Positions 1-12,525 of a stretch of DNA of 64,000 nucleotides are shown here, piece after piece. Under the pieces are notes generated by a model that worked only from the letters and a program-made list of their open reading frames with translations, searched no databases and had not been told where the DNA came from. Each line of letters starts with the position of its first letter. Within the stretch, counting starts at the first letter, position 1. Source of the stretch: Octopus vulgaris (Eukaryota); contig OX597829.1 in assembly GCA_951406725.2 (NCBI GenBank), positions 33,852,001-33,916,000 on the forward strand, written 5' to 3'. Made by a program: the position numbers and the translations under genes.

Positions 1-1335
1 CTGACCTCGCTTATCAGCAAAGTGATGTAATGAATAGTCAGAAGAAAACTAATCACCTTCCTTGAAGAAAATGACTTCTGACTGACACCCAACATAGTTT
101 CCAACCAGGAAGAAGGTGCCTGACTCCTCTCCTATAACACTTGGGTGCTGAAACAGCTGCTCAAATGTAGAAGTGATGTATCTTGACTTTTCAAAGGCCT
201 TTGATAAAGTCGATCATGGAATTATATGTCCTAAACTGTGTGATCTCCGCATAGTCAGAAAATTGGGATAATGACTTTATGACATTCAGAAGGATAGAAG
301 TCAGGTGGTTGTAGCTAATGACATGCAAATAGTGAGTGGTGTTCCGCAAGGTACTATTTTGGGACCACTATGGTTCATAATGGCCCTCTCAGACATGTCC
401 TCAGCCACACAGAACCATGATCACAAGTTATGCAGATGATACAAAAGTCTCACAGGTAATACAAAACCCTGAAGATATGCACCTGCAATTTGAGCTTGAT
501 GAAATATACAAATGGGCTGTAAAGAATAGCATGCAATTTAATGCTGAAAATTTTCAAGCCTTGTGCTATCAGCATGCAAAACTAAATGCAATCCCAGAGG
601 CACAGTTAGTGCGAGACCGGGGTATTTACATGAGTAATGATGCATCCTTCCTCGTGCATGTTGCTAAATTGGCAATGAAATTCAGGCGGCTGACAGGATG
701 GTTTCTTAGAACTTTTAGAACAAGAGATCAGGAAGCCATGATGGTCCTCTTCAGGACACTTGTCCTAAGCCACTTTGACTATTACTCTCAGTTTTGGTCA
801 CCAACCAGTGTCAAATTAATCTCTTGAAGCAATCCAATGCAGCTACACGAAGAAGATAGCATCTATGCAGCATATAAGCTATTGGGAAAGACTCGAGATT
901 AAGACTCTATTCTTTAGAGCGTAAGCGAGAAAGATATGCCATAATATACATCTGGAAGATCCTGGAGGGACTTGTCCCAAAGTTTGGCATTGAGAGTTAC
1001 ACAAATACTACAACTGCATGCCACTGCATAGTGGCAAGGACTCCAAATTTGTCATCAAGATATAGGACAATATACTGCAAGCGTCTGGCATTCACAGGAC
1101 CCCAGCGCTTCAATATACTGCTGGAATACCTGAGAGACCTGCTTAGGGTGGATATCTGTGTCTTCAAAATGAAACTGGACTGCTTACTGTCAAGTGTCCC
1201 GGATGAGCCAAGTTCACGGCAGGAGGTGCAGACCAAACTCCCTCATGCACCAAATGTCATTTCCTGAAAAGTATCAGTGAAGTAATATGTAGCAACACCA
1301 AATGGCCATGGCTCATGAGCTAAAACTAGATCAAA
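1..1335 (+). mobile_element. Degraded CR1/L2-group LINE, RT to 3' end
   Basis: Frameshifted RT motifs YLDFSKAFDKVDHG (~179-220), SGVPQGTILGP (~335-367), YADDTK (429-446) and C-terminal YSLERKRERY; ends in a (TA)n tract. Confidence 0.85.
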
Positions 1336-1349
1336 GCAATTTAAATCAT

Positions 1350-1375
1350 TATATATATATATACATTTACAGATA

Positions 1376-1427
<52 letters not shown>

Positions 1428-1806
1428 CACATTTACAGATATGCGTGTGTGTATATATATATGTGTGTGTGTGTATATACATATATAGATATATATGTAT
1501 AAATATATGTATGTATATATACATTTATAGATATGTGTGTTTGTATATATATATATATATGTGTGTGTGTTTGTGTATATATATATATATTTATGCATAT
1601 ATAAATATGTATATATATGTATGTATATATATATTTATAGATGTGTATGTGTATATATATACACGTGTGTATGTATATATATATATATACGTACATATAT
1701 GTGTGTATATATATATATATATATACATACATATATGTGTGTATGTATATATATATATATATATGTGTACACATGTATGTATATATATGTTTATATATAT
1801 ATATAT
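1350..1806. repeat. Compound (TA)n/(TG)n microsatellite
   Basis: Directly visible; source of the IY/CV-rich ORFs. Confidence 0.95.
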
Positions 1807-1841
1807 CTGTAAAATAATATGTGGCAATTATTTGGAAGCCA

Positions 1842-1904
1842 AGATAAAACTCTGAGTTTCGGATGCTGAGGTGGAAATCCACAACACTATCTCTTCGGTT
1901 ATCT
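1842..1904 (-). ncRNA. Type I hammerhead-ribozyme-like motif, probably a Penelope terminal-repeat remnant
   Basis: Minus strand reads AGAUAA-CCGAAGA-[GAU..GUGG AUUU CCAC..AUCC]-GAAA-CUCAGAG-UU-UUAUCU: perfect 6-bp stem I, core C(C)GANGA/GAAA, near-palindromic stem III, GUU triplet. Confidence 0.6.
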
Positions 1905-1993
1905 GGCCATATATATTGTCCTATATATTGATGGCAAGATAACCGAATAGATGGTGTTTTGGTGATGTTTTGTTATCTTACCGTTTTTACCAA

Positions 1994-2170
1994 TCTCTAT
2001 ATATAAAACTGAAATGCGTTTTTACCGCTTGGATCGCTTTCGATGCCACTACATCCCGTCCGATTCGCTCCAAAATTTACAGGGACATGTAGAATGAGGT
2101 GACGATGCCCGTGGGCTACCTAAGAAATCCCTATCTTAAAATGTGTGGTTGCTAGGGGCCATCTTCCTCA
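1994..2170 (+). mobile_element. Possible 5' part of a non-autonomous Helitron-type element
   Basis: Starts A|TCTCTATATATAAAA and contains CCGATTCGCTCCAAAATTT, a pattern typical of such elements; no 3' end identified. Confidence 0.3.
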
Positions 2171-2794
2171 CTCACGCTATTTCCTCCATTACCCTCTCAC
2201 TCCCCTTCATTTATAACTTTGACAAGTCCGCTCCCATTATTTAATGTATCTTCCTAAACTCACTCTCGCTATTTCCTCTCTTTTTCACTCACTCTGTTTC
2301 CTACCTTCCCATCACTTCGGCGTTCTTTTATGTATCTGTCTGTCACCAACAACACACGAGCATGAGAACAAATATTATGAATCAGATATTCTTGCGTTCA
2401 TTTATATATATATATATGTGTGCGTGTGTTCTATATATAAATATGTATATATAATGTATGTGTGTGTGTGTGTTCTATATATAAATATGTATATATACAA
2501 AGTGTATATATCTGTATTTATGTATATTAAACTTTTTCATACTTTTTCATAGTTATATATATATTTTTAAACAAATTATAAATATAATTTAATAATTTTT
2601 ATTTTCAATTTAAATAATTTAAATTTTTCAATTTTATATTTTTTCTATATCATACTTTTTTTTTATGTTTTTGTTTTTGGTTTTTCACTGTTTGATTTGC
2701 CTATTAGTGGTTTTATCTCTAATTTAATTTATACAGATATATATCTCATTTGTATACATTTGTATATATAATGCGTGCACACACACGCACACAC

Positions 2795-2859
<65 letters not shown>

Positions 2860-2864
<5 letters not shown>

Positions 2865-3020
2865 CGTTTTCTGTGCTAGCACGGGTTGGACAGTGTGACC
2901 GGGGTCTGGGAAGCCAGGAGGCTGCACCAGGCTCCAGTCTGATTTGGCAGTGTTTCTACCGGTAGATGACCTTCCTAACGCCAACCACTCTGTGATTGTA
3001 GTTGGTGCTTTTTACGTGCT
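2860..3020 (-). mobile_element. 3' tail of the RTE LINE family
   Basis: Reverse complement matches 38715-38878 (GCACGTAAAAAGCACC, GGTTGGCGTTAGGAAGG, TCCAACCCGTGCTAGCA). Confidence 0.85.
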
Positions 3021-3105
3021 GAAAGGAAGCAACAGAAAGTAAGAACCACACTCTCACCCGCGTGTAGAGCGTGTCACCTTTAGCCAGTATATATATATAT
3101 TTGTT

Positions 3106-4290
3106 GTGCAGGATTTTTTATACCTTTTCATGGTATGGTGGGACAGAAGGCTTAAAGAACACCTAACACAGAATTCCATACTCGTGAACATGTACTCTTG
3201 CTATGTTGATGATATCAACATAGTGGTATGGGCACCCCCACAAGACAGTACTGTTGAAATAGAAATAGAAACTAATACTATGGAGAGCATCCAGCAAATA
3301 GCCAACTCCATCCACCAGGGTAAGGTCACAATAGACTACCCCACTAAACACCCCAACTGGCTAGAAACTGTGAATAATAAAACCCAAATCCTTCATTCGT
3401 ACTATGCCAAACCTATGGCCTCCAAATACTTGACCCACCGGAACTCAGCCTTTGCGGGCAATGCCAAATTCAATATTTTGATGGCAGACCTTGTCAGAAT
3501 AATGCGAAATGTGTCCCGCATGTGCGAGCCTACAGAGTTAAAGAGACACATACAACATTTCATTCACCGCATGCAGTTCTCAGATTACAGTCATAAAGAA
3601 AGGATCAGAGTATACAAAGGAGCCATGAAGAAATTTGATAATATATTATGTAATGATAGGAATGGGATTTGCCCACTCTATAGGAGCAAGTCATGGAACA
3701 CTATAGAAAGGACAAAGAAGAAAATAGGGAAGGCCAACTCTTGGTATGATAGCCATAAATACCAGTGTCATGTTCGTTGACACCACCCCTAGAGGTGAAC
3801 TGGCGTACCGCTTTAGAAGGACCCTAGACAAACGTAAGCTAAGGATTAAGGTTGTTGAAAAGCCAGGCAACCCTATCAAATCCATAATTGGTAGAACCTA
3901 CCCTTTTAGTAGAACCCCCCCTGTACGGATAGGTACTGTACTGTGTGTAGATTTAGCCCACAAACAAACTGTAAAGCCAGAAATGTAGTCTATTGTATAA
4001 GATGTATAGAGGGATGATGCAGTAACAAGACAACGACATACGTAGGGGAAACGGCATGAAGCATAGGAGAGCGGGTAAATGAACATTGGAGAGAACTTAA
4101 GGAAGGAAGGAAAGAGCTCATCGATTCTATACCAACACACCGAGCAGGAACACGGGGGATCAATCAACAACATAGAGGTTAAAAATCTTGTCCACACATA
4201 GAACAGATGCAACAATCAGACAAATTACGGAAGCTACACACATAATAGACGATAAACCTAGCCTGAATAGGAAACTGGAGTGGAACACTA
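3106..4290 (+). mobile_element. Penelope-like retroelement, RT C-terminus plus GIY-YIG endonuclease, degraded
   Basis: YSCYVDDI RT motif in ORF 3106-3780; frameshifted VVYCIRC..YVGETA..IGERVNEH GIY-YIG motif at ~3985-4086. Confidence 0.85.
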
Positions 4291-4964
4291 GCACACACCA
4301 CAACATATGACAGAAGAGGATCCCCATAAACTGGTTGCAATATAAACAAAACCAAAAACATAATAAATAAAATACACAGATAAATAAACAAATAGAAATA
4401 AATAACTATATAGGTTTTTTAAAAATGTTTTATTATTATTATTATTACTAGTATTGTTGTTATACATACATACAAACATACGTAATAATGATAATAATAA
4501 GTGGATGTAAACATGAGCAAAATAAAAAAAAGAATAACAAATTACACAAATGTATATAAACAGAAGATACAAATATTACAGGCATCCCCCCCACACAAAC
4601 ACACAAACTAAACATAGACGCACATAGAGATATACGCAGGCGCAAATGAAGACACATACAATAGAAATACAAAATAAGGAGAGACACAAATAAGAAAGAA
4701 TTAAGCAAAGGACCACTGATGCGGTCACAGGAGTGTGACGAAATAACTCTGGCCGAAATAAGATTAAGATTAATGTAAAAAATAAATAACACTGAAGCAA
4801 AGTAACACCAAATATATAGTGCGTGTGTTTTTATTGGCTAAACTGGCAAAATGACCATTCCGAAATACAACATTATATATATATATATACTTATATGTAT
4901 GTCTTTGTGCATATGTATGTATATATATGTATATATGTATAAATACATGTATGTACATATGTAT

Positions 4965-6225
4965 ATATAAGGTTAATCCAAACGGGAAAACAGAAAAAAC
5001 AACAACATGTGGAACAATTAAAGTATTATTATTATTAGGCCCTCAGGAAAAAGGGAAGAAGGAGGGTATGACGTTTCGAGTGGAGCTCTTCGTCGGAAAA
5101 ATAAGAGAAGGAAGAAAGAAAGATCCCAATGTGGGCGAACGGAGGGGAAAAAAAAACGCAACTGGTTTTTATGTATATATATATATATATTAATAAATAA
5201 AACATATGCATATATATATATATATATATGTACGTACCTACCTCTACATGTATATATACACGCATATATGAGTACAGGACACCAAAAAAACATCGAACAC
5301 AATGAGAAACGAAAACATAGACACAAACCCAAGGAACTGGACATTTTTCTTAAACAACAAAAAAAATAGAGTACAGGACAAATAACACAAGGAAAAAACC
5401 CCTTCTTCAGTCGCCATGGTTTCATCTACTCCATGTTACGAAGGTGAAGGCGAGACGTGTCTTCGATAGAAACTTTCCTTCCTGCGAAAAGCAAATCAAA
5501 TAAAACTTGAGATCTTTTTGCAGAGGGGTAAAAATGGTAACAAAAACAGAACAGTAATGACAGTACAAAATATAAGCAGTAAAAGACAGGACAAGGAAAA
5601 TAACAAGACAAGAAGGGCTGTTAAGCCGAACGAAAAAAAGTATTACGAACGCTATTTCTGTGAACAGCGAAGGAGGCAAAGAAAATTGCCGTCCACACCT
5701 CAAGAAGGTGGCAAGTCTCTCGTCGCAGGTTAACGGCAGGAGGGAGGAGGAGGAGTAAGAGAAAGGGAGAGAAGAAAGGGGAATGGTTGTGAGGAAACTG
5801 GAAAGAATGAAGAATGAGAGAGGGAGAAACAGTTAAGTAGAAGAAAAGGAAATCAAAGAATGAAGGCTGAGAAAGGGAGGGGACAGAAAGGTTAAGAGTG
5901 CGCATCAAAATTAATATCAAGGACAATCTTACTTAGAAAGGGATGCGTGCGTTCCGTCATATAATATATTAATAAATAAAACATATGCATATATATATAC
6001 ATATATGTACGTACCTACCTCTACATGTATATATACACGCATATATGAGTACAGGACACCAAAAAAATGTCGAACACAATGAGAAACGAAAACATAGACA
6101 CAAACCCAAGGAACTGGACATTTTTCTTAAACAACAACAAAAATAGAGTACAGGACAAATAACACATGGAAAAAACCCCTTCTTCAGTCGCCATGGTTTC
6201 ATCTACTCTACATTTCGAAGATGAT
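4965..6225 (-). mobile_element. Penelope-type terminal region with ~260-bp direct repeats (about 5180-5440 and 5963-6220)
   Basis: Two near-identical copies ~790 bp apart; hammerhead-like CCGACGAAGAG-CTCCA-CTCGAAACGTC on the minus strand at 5068-5096. Confidence 0.55.
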
Positions 6226-6503
6226 ATATTTATATATAATACACACGTATCTGCATGTATATGTATGTATGTGTATACGTATGTATCTATATATAGATAT
6301 GTATGCATATGTATATGTGTGTATATATATATACATGTATGTGCATGTGTGTGTGTGTATATATATATGTAGATATGTATGTATATATATGTGTTAAATA
6401 GCGCATGGCAGCCTGTTTCAATTTTCACGTATTCGCTCTCTCACATATGTGTGTTTGTGTATATATACTCGCACTGCCCTAAATGGTTGAATGTATGTGG
6501 GTA

Positions 6504-6552
<49 letters not shown>

Positions 6553-6579
6553 ATAATGTGTGTGTGTGTGCATACACAT

Positions 6580-7800
6580 TGTGCAAAGTCCCCTCTCAAC
6601 GCAAAGTAACGTGGTGGTGTACCAATGTAGTTGACATGGTCATTAGGGAAATGAAACAGGCATGAAAGGACTGGAAGAATGCTGGTAGCAGGGAATTGTA
6701 TCAGACTGGCTGAAGGGAAGCCAGAAAGGAAGCAGATAAGAAAATATTTGCCAATGTTCTGCGTTGTGAGAGCCAAAGGCTTGCGGTTTTTCATGTTGCA
6801 AGACAGTGTGTTAGAGAGAATTATAGTCACATAGGAGAGAAATGTGTCCGCATAGATGACGGCTCATGTGCATTTAACGAGGCTGCAAGGAGAGAGACTT
6901 GGAGACACCACCATGAAAGGTTGCTAAATGAAGAGAATGAATGGGAGAAAGAGTTTGCCGAATGTCGACCGAACAGAGGGACCAGCTAGCTGAATTGACA
7001 GTATCTCAGTAGATAAAGCAATTAAGGGTATCAAGACAGGGATAGCCCCCAGCCCATCAGGAATCACCAGAGATGCCTACAATATCTGGTGGTGTTGGCT
7101 ATACTAATCACCAATATAGTCAACCAGGTGATACATGAAAGAGTCATACCCAATGATTGGTGATGCTTTAGATACAAATAATTGCAGCAGTATCAAGTTC
7201 TTGCATCAGGTAATGAAAGTAACAGAGAGGGTCATAGCCCAACTAATTAGGGAGAGGGTCAGTCTAGATGAGATGCAGTTTGGGTTTGTGCCAGGGAAAA
7301 GCACCACTGATGCTATATTTCTGGTAAGACAACTGCCGGAGAAATACCTAGCCAAAGATAAATCACTGTTCCTGGCTTTTGTTGACATGGGTCCCCTTAT
7401 CCCTTATCTGGTGGTCAATGAGGAAACTTAGGGATAGATGAATTTTTAGTGAAAGCTGTACAAGCCATGTACAGGGATGCTATCAGTAAGGTGAGCGTTG
7501 GCGACGAGTACAGTGAAGAATTCCGGGTAGGGGCAGGGGCCCACCAAGGATCAGATCTCAGCCCCATCTTATTCATCATAGTTCTCCAAGCAATAACAGG
7601 AATTCAAGGCTGGATGCCCCTGGGAGCTTCTCTGTATTGATGACCCTGCTCTAATTGCTGAGTCAGTATCAAAACTAGAGAAGTTTTCTGAAAGTGTAGC
7701 TGCTAGAGTACATGCGTAGGCTTGCAAGGAATGAAGCCAGTATGCTCTGTTGGATGTGTAATGTCAGTGTTCAACTGGACTTGAAACAATGATGATGATG
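6580..7800 (+). mobile_element. Degraded RTE LINE fragment with internal deletions
   Basis: [20 protein letters not shown] and HQGSDLSPILF motifs; homologous to 36465-38009; ends in (GAT)n. Confidence 0.9.
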
Positions 7801-7981
7801 TATGTATGTATATATATATATATATATGCGCGTATATGCATGTGTATATATATATGTATACGTATGTATATATATACATGTTTATATATGTATATATATA
7901 CATATACGTATGTATATATATACATGTTTATATATGTATATATATGTGTATGTGTGTATATATATATATCTTATGTGTAGA

Positions 7982-8012
<31 letters not shown>

Positions 8013-8150
8013 TAAAAAGCAGCAGAAACATCACAAAAACTGTTACTCAGAGATTCATGTTCCCATTTGTCAGGAATGTATATATATATATGTGTATGTA
8101 TATATATATAATATATATATGTATATGTGTATGTATATATATATATGTGT

Positions 8151-8184
<34 letters not shown>

Positions 8185-8717
8185 ATATATATGTGTATGT
8201 ATATATATATATATGTGTATGTATATATATGTGTATGTATATATATATATATGTGTATATATATATGTGTATGTATATATATATGTGTATGTATATATAT
8301 ATGTATATATATGTGTATGTATATATATGTATGTATACATATATATCTCTTTTAGTCTGTCGAGCAAATCGATGCCAGGACCTACTCTTCGTAAGCCTGG
8401 TACTTACTCTATCGGTGTCTTTTGCCGAACTGCTAAGTTACAAGGATGTAAACACACCAGCATTGGTTGTCAAGCAATATATATATATATATATGTATAT
8501 GCTTATATATGTATGTGTATATATATATATGCATAGGTATACAGATACGTATGTTTATATATGTATGTATATATATTTATAGATATATATCTGTGTATGT
8601 GTGTATTTTTTCTATGTTTCTTTATATATTTATACATATATGTTTGTGTATATATACCTATCTAGATATATCTATGTATACAGATATGCGTAGATCTAAG
8701 TTTTTTTAAATATATAC

Positions 8718-8790
<73 letters not shown>

Positions 8791-8815
8791 TATATATATA
8801 TATATATATATGTAA
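7801..8815. repeat. Compound (TA)/(TG) microsatellite field with short TE fragments (8010-8075 and a minus-strand SINE 3' part at 8350-8475)
   Basis: Directly visible; 8350-8475 matches 31945-32047 and 41630-41762. Confidence 0.85.
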
Positions 8816-8869
8816 ACCTATCTATTTTCATATATATATGTCTGAGGGCCACTTCTATTTGTAGTAGTC

Positions 8870-9905
8870 ATCTTAGACATGCCCACAGTCAGTCAGACAC
8901 CCGCTGTAAGTCACTACGTCGATGATACAAAAGTTATCAGTGTCAACAAATATCCTAATGTCATAAACCTGCAGACTGACCAAAATGCAATATAGAAGTG
9001 GGCAGAGCAAATCAATATGAAATGTAATGCTGATAAATTTCAAGCACTGCTCTTTAAAATCAAAAATGCTCCACAACCTGGCTGTACTGAGATTTCAGAG
9101 TCACAAACAGTGAGAGACCTGGGCATTAGTATGTGTAATGATACATCATTTCATAAACCATTGTGAAGTTGGCAGCAAATTGCAGACAACTGGCGCGATC
9201 GATATTCTGAACATTCAGAACAAGACATCAGGAATTAATGTTGACTCTATGGAAGACCTTTGTCTTCAGTTGCTAGACTCCTGCTCTCAGCTGTGGTCAC
9301 CACACAGTGTGAAGCTAAGAATGGAGCTTGAAGCACTCCAACGTCACTACACTAAAAAAATTGCTGCAGTCCAACAGATGAGCTACAGGGATAGGCTGAA
9401 AGAAATACAACTCTACTCCCTAGAGCACAGACGTGATATATGTAATGATTTACAGGTGGAAGTACTGGAAGGACTAGTACCTAATTTTGGCACTAAGTGT
9501 TATATGAATGCTTGTACTGGATGCCACTGCATAATACCGTAGGTACCGTCCAGTGCATCTAACATAAGAACCAGGTACTGCAATAGTCTAGGGTTCAGAG
9601 GACCACAGCTCTTCAATGCTCTGCCAAAACAATTAAGAAACGTACCCAATATAGATTTGGAAAACTTCAAAAAGAAACTCGATGCTCTCCTTTCCACAAT
9701 ACCAGGCGAACCAATGACTTGACATGAGGCACACTTGAAGGAAGCAGTGTTAAATTCCCTCATATACCAGACAGGCCATCGGCAATTTTGATGGGATTGC
9801 AATAGTCAGAGGAGAGGAACCATGGAAAGATTGTGTCTCGGTACTAAAATAGTGAGAAATGGTGCTCCAGCATGACCACAGCCACATGGCTGAAACATAT
9901 AAAAG
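8870..9905 (+). mobile_element. Degraded CR1/L2-group LINE 3' fragment
   Basis: HYVDDTK, CSQLWSP and LYSLEHRRD motifs; parallels 417-1335; 3' end GGTGCTCCAGCATGACCACAGCC..TGGCTGAAACAT. Confidence 0.85.
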
Positions 9906-10061
9906 TGTATATATATATATATATATATATATGCATATTCATTTATATATGTATATATAAATGTATACCAATATGTATTTAAATGTATTCATATCTGTAA
10001 TTATATGTGTGTGTATATATATGTATATATATAAAAATACATTGGTATATGTACATATATA

Positions 10062-10190
10062 GGTACAGGAGTAGCTGTGTGGTAAGAAGCCTTCTTCACA
10101 ACTGGTCCAGTCTCATTGCATGGCTCCTTGTGCAAGTGTCTTCTACTATTCCATAGATTTCATTGACAGAAACTGAAAGAATCCTGTCAT
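10062..10190 (+). mobile_element. tRNA-derived SINE head (family A), degraded
   Basis: A-box-like TAGCTGTGTGG and the family motifs GCAAGTGTCTTCTACTAT and GAAACTGAAAGAA, shared with 31250, 33795, 40080 and 41570. Confidence 0.7.
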
Positions 10191-10218
10191 ATGCATATAC
10201 ATGTATATGTATATCTAC

Positions 10219-10250
<32 letters not shown>

Positions 10251-10419
10251 ATATATATATGTGTGTGTATATATAGATATAGATATATAATACGAGAATT
10301 TTAATGGAAATAAAGCTCCAGTATATAGTACAACTGTTTTCCTTGTATATGAGGAATTATATATATATATATATTTATTTATTTAATGTATACTTATGAT
10401 TCAAATATATATATTTATT

Positions 10420-10632
10420 TCCTTATTGCCCACAGGGGGCTAGCAAAGACAGACAAAGGGATTAAGTTGATTACATTGGCCCTAGTGTGTAACTGGTACT
10501 TATCTAATCAACCCCGAAAGTATGAATGGCAAAGTTGATCTCGATGGAATTTGAACTCAGAACGTAACGGTAGACGAAATACCACTAGGCAGTTCGCCCA
10601 GCATGCTAATGATTCTGCCAGCTCACCGCCCT
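10420..10632 (-). mobile_element. tRNA-derived SINE (family B)
   Basis: Minus strand GGCGGTGAGCTGGCAGAATC..GAGTTCAAATTCC (B-box)..GGGGTTGATTAGATAAGTACCAG; a degenerate relative lies at ~23600-23790. Confidence 0.75.
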
Positions 10633-10652
10633 AAATAAATACGTATATTATA

Positions 10653-10724
<72 letters not shown>

Positions 10725-10786
10725 TTTATTTAGGGCAGTGAGCTGGCAGAATCATTAGCATGCCGGGCGAACTGCCTGGTGGTATT
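10578..10786. repeat. Near-perfect fold-back inverted repeat
   Basis: ~63-bp arms with 3 mismatches around a self-complementary (TG)n(TA)n(CA)n centre. Confidence 0.95.
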
Positions 10787-11759
10787 ATATATATATTATA
10801 ATATTTATATATATGATTATGGTTATCATTGGTTTAGTTGAGAGACAAGTAAGTTTGGCCCAACCTGGAGAAAGTTAATTCGACTTAAATAGTGTTTCGT
10901 GGAACCAATTAATGACATAGGGTGTGGTATGCCTTTACATATACATATATAAACAGGAATAGAAAGACTGCCATCCAAATGGTTTTCTGTGAGCCAATTG
11001 ATAGTCCTCACTTTCTTGATAAATATTGGTTTCATTATTTGTTTAGTCATAAACTCTTTTTTAAAGAAACATGGAAGTAGTCCAACTAGGGGAAGCACTT
11101 TATATTTTACCTTCTCTTCAAAGCAACATAGCGATTTCAATTCAGCAGCCAATCTGTTACCTTTGCATTACGTGTGTGTGTGTGTAACAGTGTGATGATG
11201 TGTGTGTGTGTGGGGTCATCGCAAACAATAAATGAAATGAAAAAATCATATACATAAAAGGGCATAACTACAGATGTTTACAACCCTGACTTTGTTGCCT
11301 GATAACATCCACAAAAATGGATACTTTTTAAAAAAAATTTTCTTCAGATACCGGTTAGATATTTTGGCTTCAGAGTATATAGGGATTTATGGAAAATAAT
11401 TTTTCTGAAGGGTGGAGAGAGGAGTTTGGGAAAATTCATGCAATCCAACTTTTTTTCCTCATAACTTCCAGGAAATGGGTATTTTTTAATGAAAGTCTAT
11501 ATAAATGCCTTTGAAACAGCATAGATTATGATTATAAAGAAATCTGGGGAAAATGTTTTTCCATATTAGCGAGACCAATACTACACTGTTTTGATGGGGA
11601 TTTTCCCCTTTTGTTTAAACCACAGCTTCCTAAATGATGGTTTGGGGGCGCATCTTTGTATGAGAATTGGTTTTTGGACCCCCCCTTCCCATCATCATAC
11701 TGGACCTATTTTGGCCAATTTTTGTGGTACTTCAAATCCATGGGAGGAGCTTTTTCAAT

Positions 11760-12525
11760 AAACAAAAGAAATTGTTAATATTTTAAGAGGGAAAAGTGAG
11801 ACAATTCTCCACATTTGTTTATCACTCTTGCATGTATTGATGTATTTCAATATTTTTCTCCCCATAAATACATTTATGTGCTAAAGGAAACAAAATTTGA
11901 AAAATTAGAAATTTTTTTGCAACCACACACTCTGACCTCGATTGTTTCTGTTTATAAATTAAAATACTGAAGAGCTTCAGAAGGTCGTTGCTGACATTTA
12001 TCTACTGTGATTAAAAGAGTTACGTGAACAATAATTCATTTTAATAGCAAAATTTCTGTTAGAAAATGTTTTTGCTTACACTCTTTGATTGAGGTGGGGG
12101 TAAAAATTTAGATTACAATTACTATTCCATGATTGGACAATGTGTGTGTTACTTTTGGCATCAACACTCTATAAAATGCTTAATGGGAGAAAAATATTGA
12201 AAAGACATCAATACGTGTGAGAGTGAGGGTGATTTGGGTTGTGCTAGAAACACCTGCCAAACTTCCCTTGAATTGTTCACCTTTTCCACTGAAAATATTT
12301 ACAATTTGTTTTTCTTTTTTTTTTACTGATATGGCTTTATGGTTTTTAATAAAAAAAAAGCGGGGTGGCTAGAAACAGTCCATCTTTGTAAGGCTTATAG
12401 CATTCCAAAACAGCTATAACAACAATATGACTTTTTTCTTACAAAAATTATATTGGTATATTAAAAATCAGCCAGAACTCCCTTGAATTGGTCACCTTTT
12501 ATTCTGAAAATATTTACAATTTTGC
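11760..12525. repeat. Diverged inverted repeat (11760-11875 vs 12173-12318) with a third partial copy at 12480-12525; probable MITE remnant
   Basis: GTATTGATGTATTTCAATATTTTTCTCCCAT pairs with ATGGGAGAAAAATATTGAAAAGACATCAATAC. Confidence 0.6.

Noticed and set aside
1243-1882. Many IY/CV/HT-rich ORFs here and at 7703-8709, 38732-39716 and 43252-43832
   Set aside because: They are translations of stop-free dinucleotide microsatellites.
10826-11152. 108-aa minus-strand ORF
   Set aside because: No recognisable motif or splice context; possibly decayed TE.
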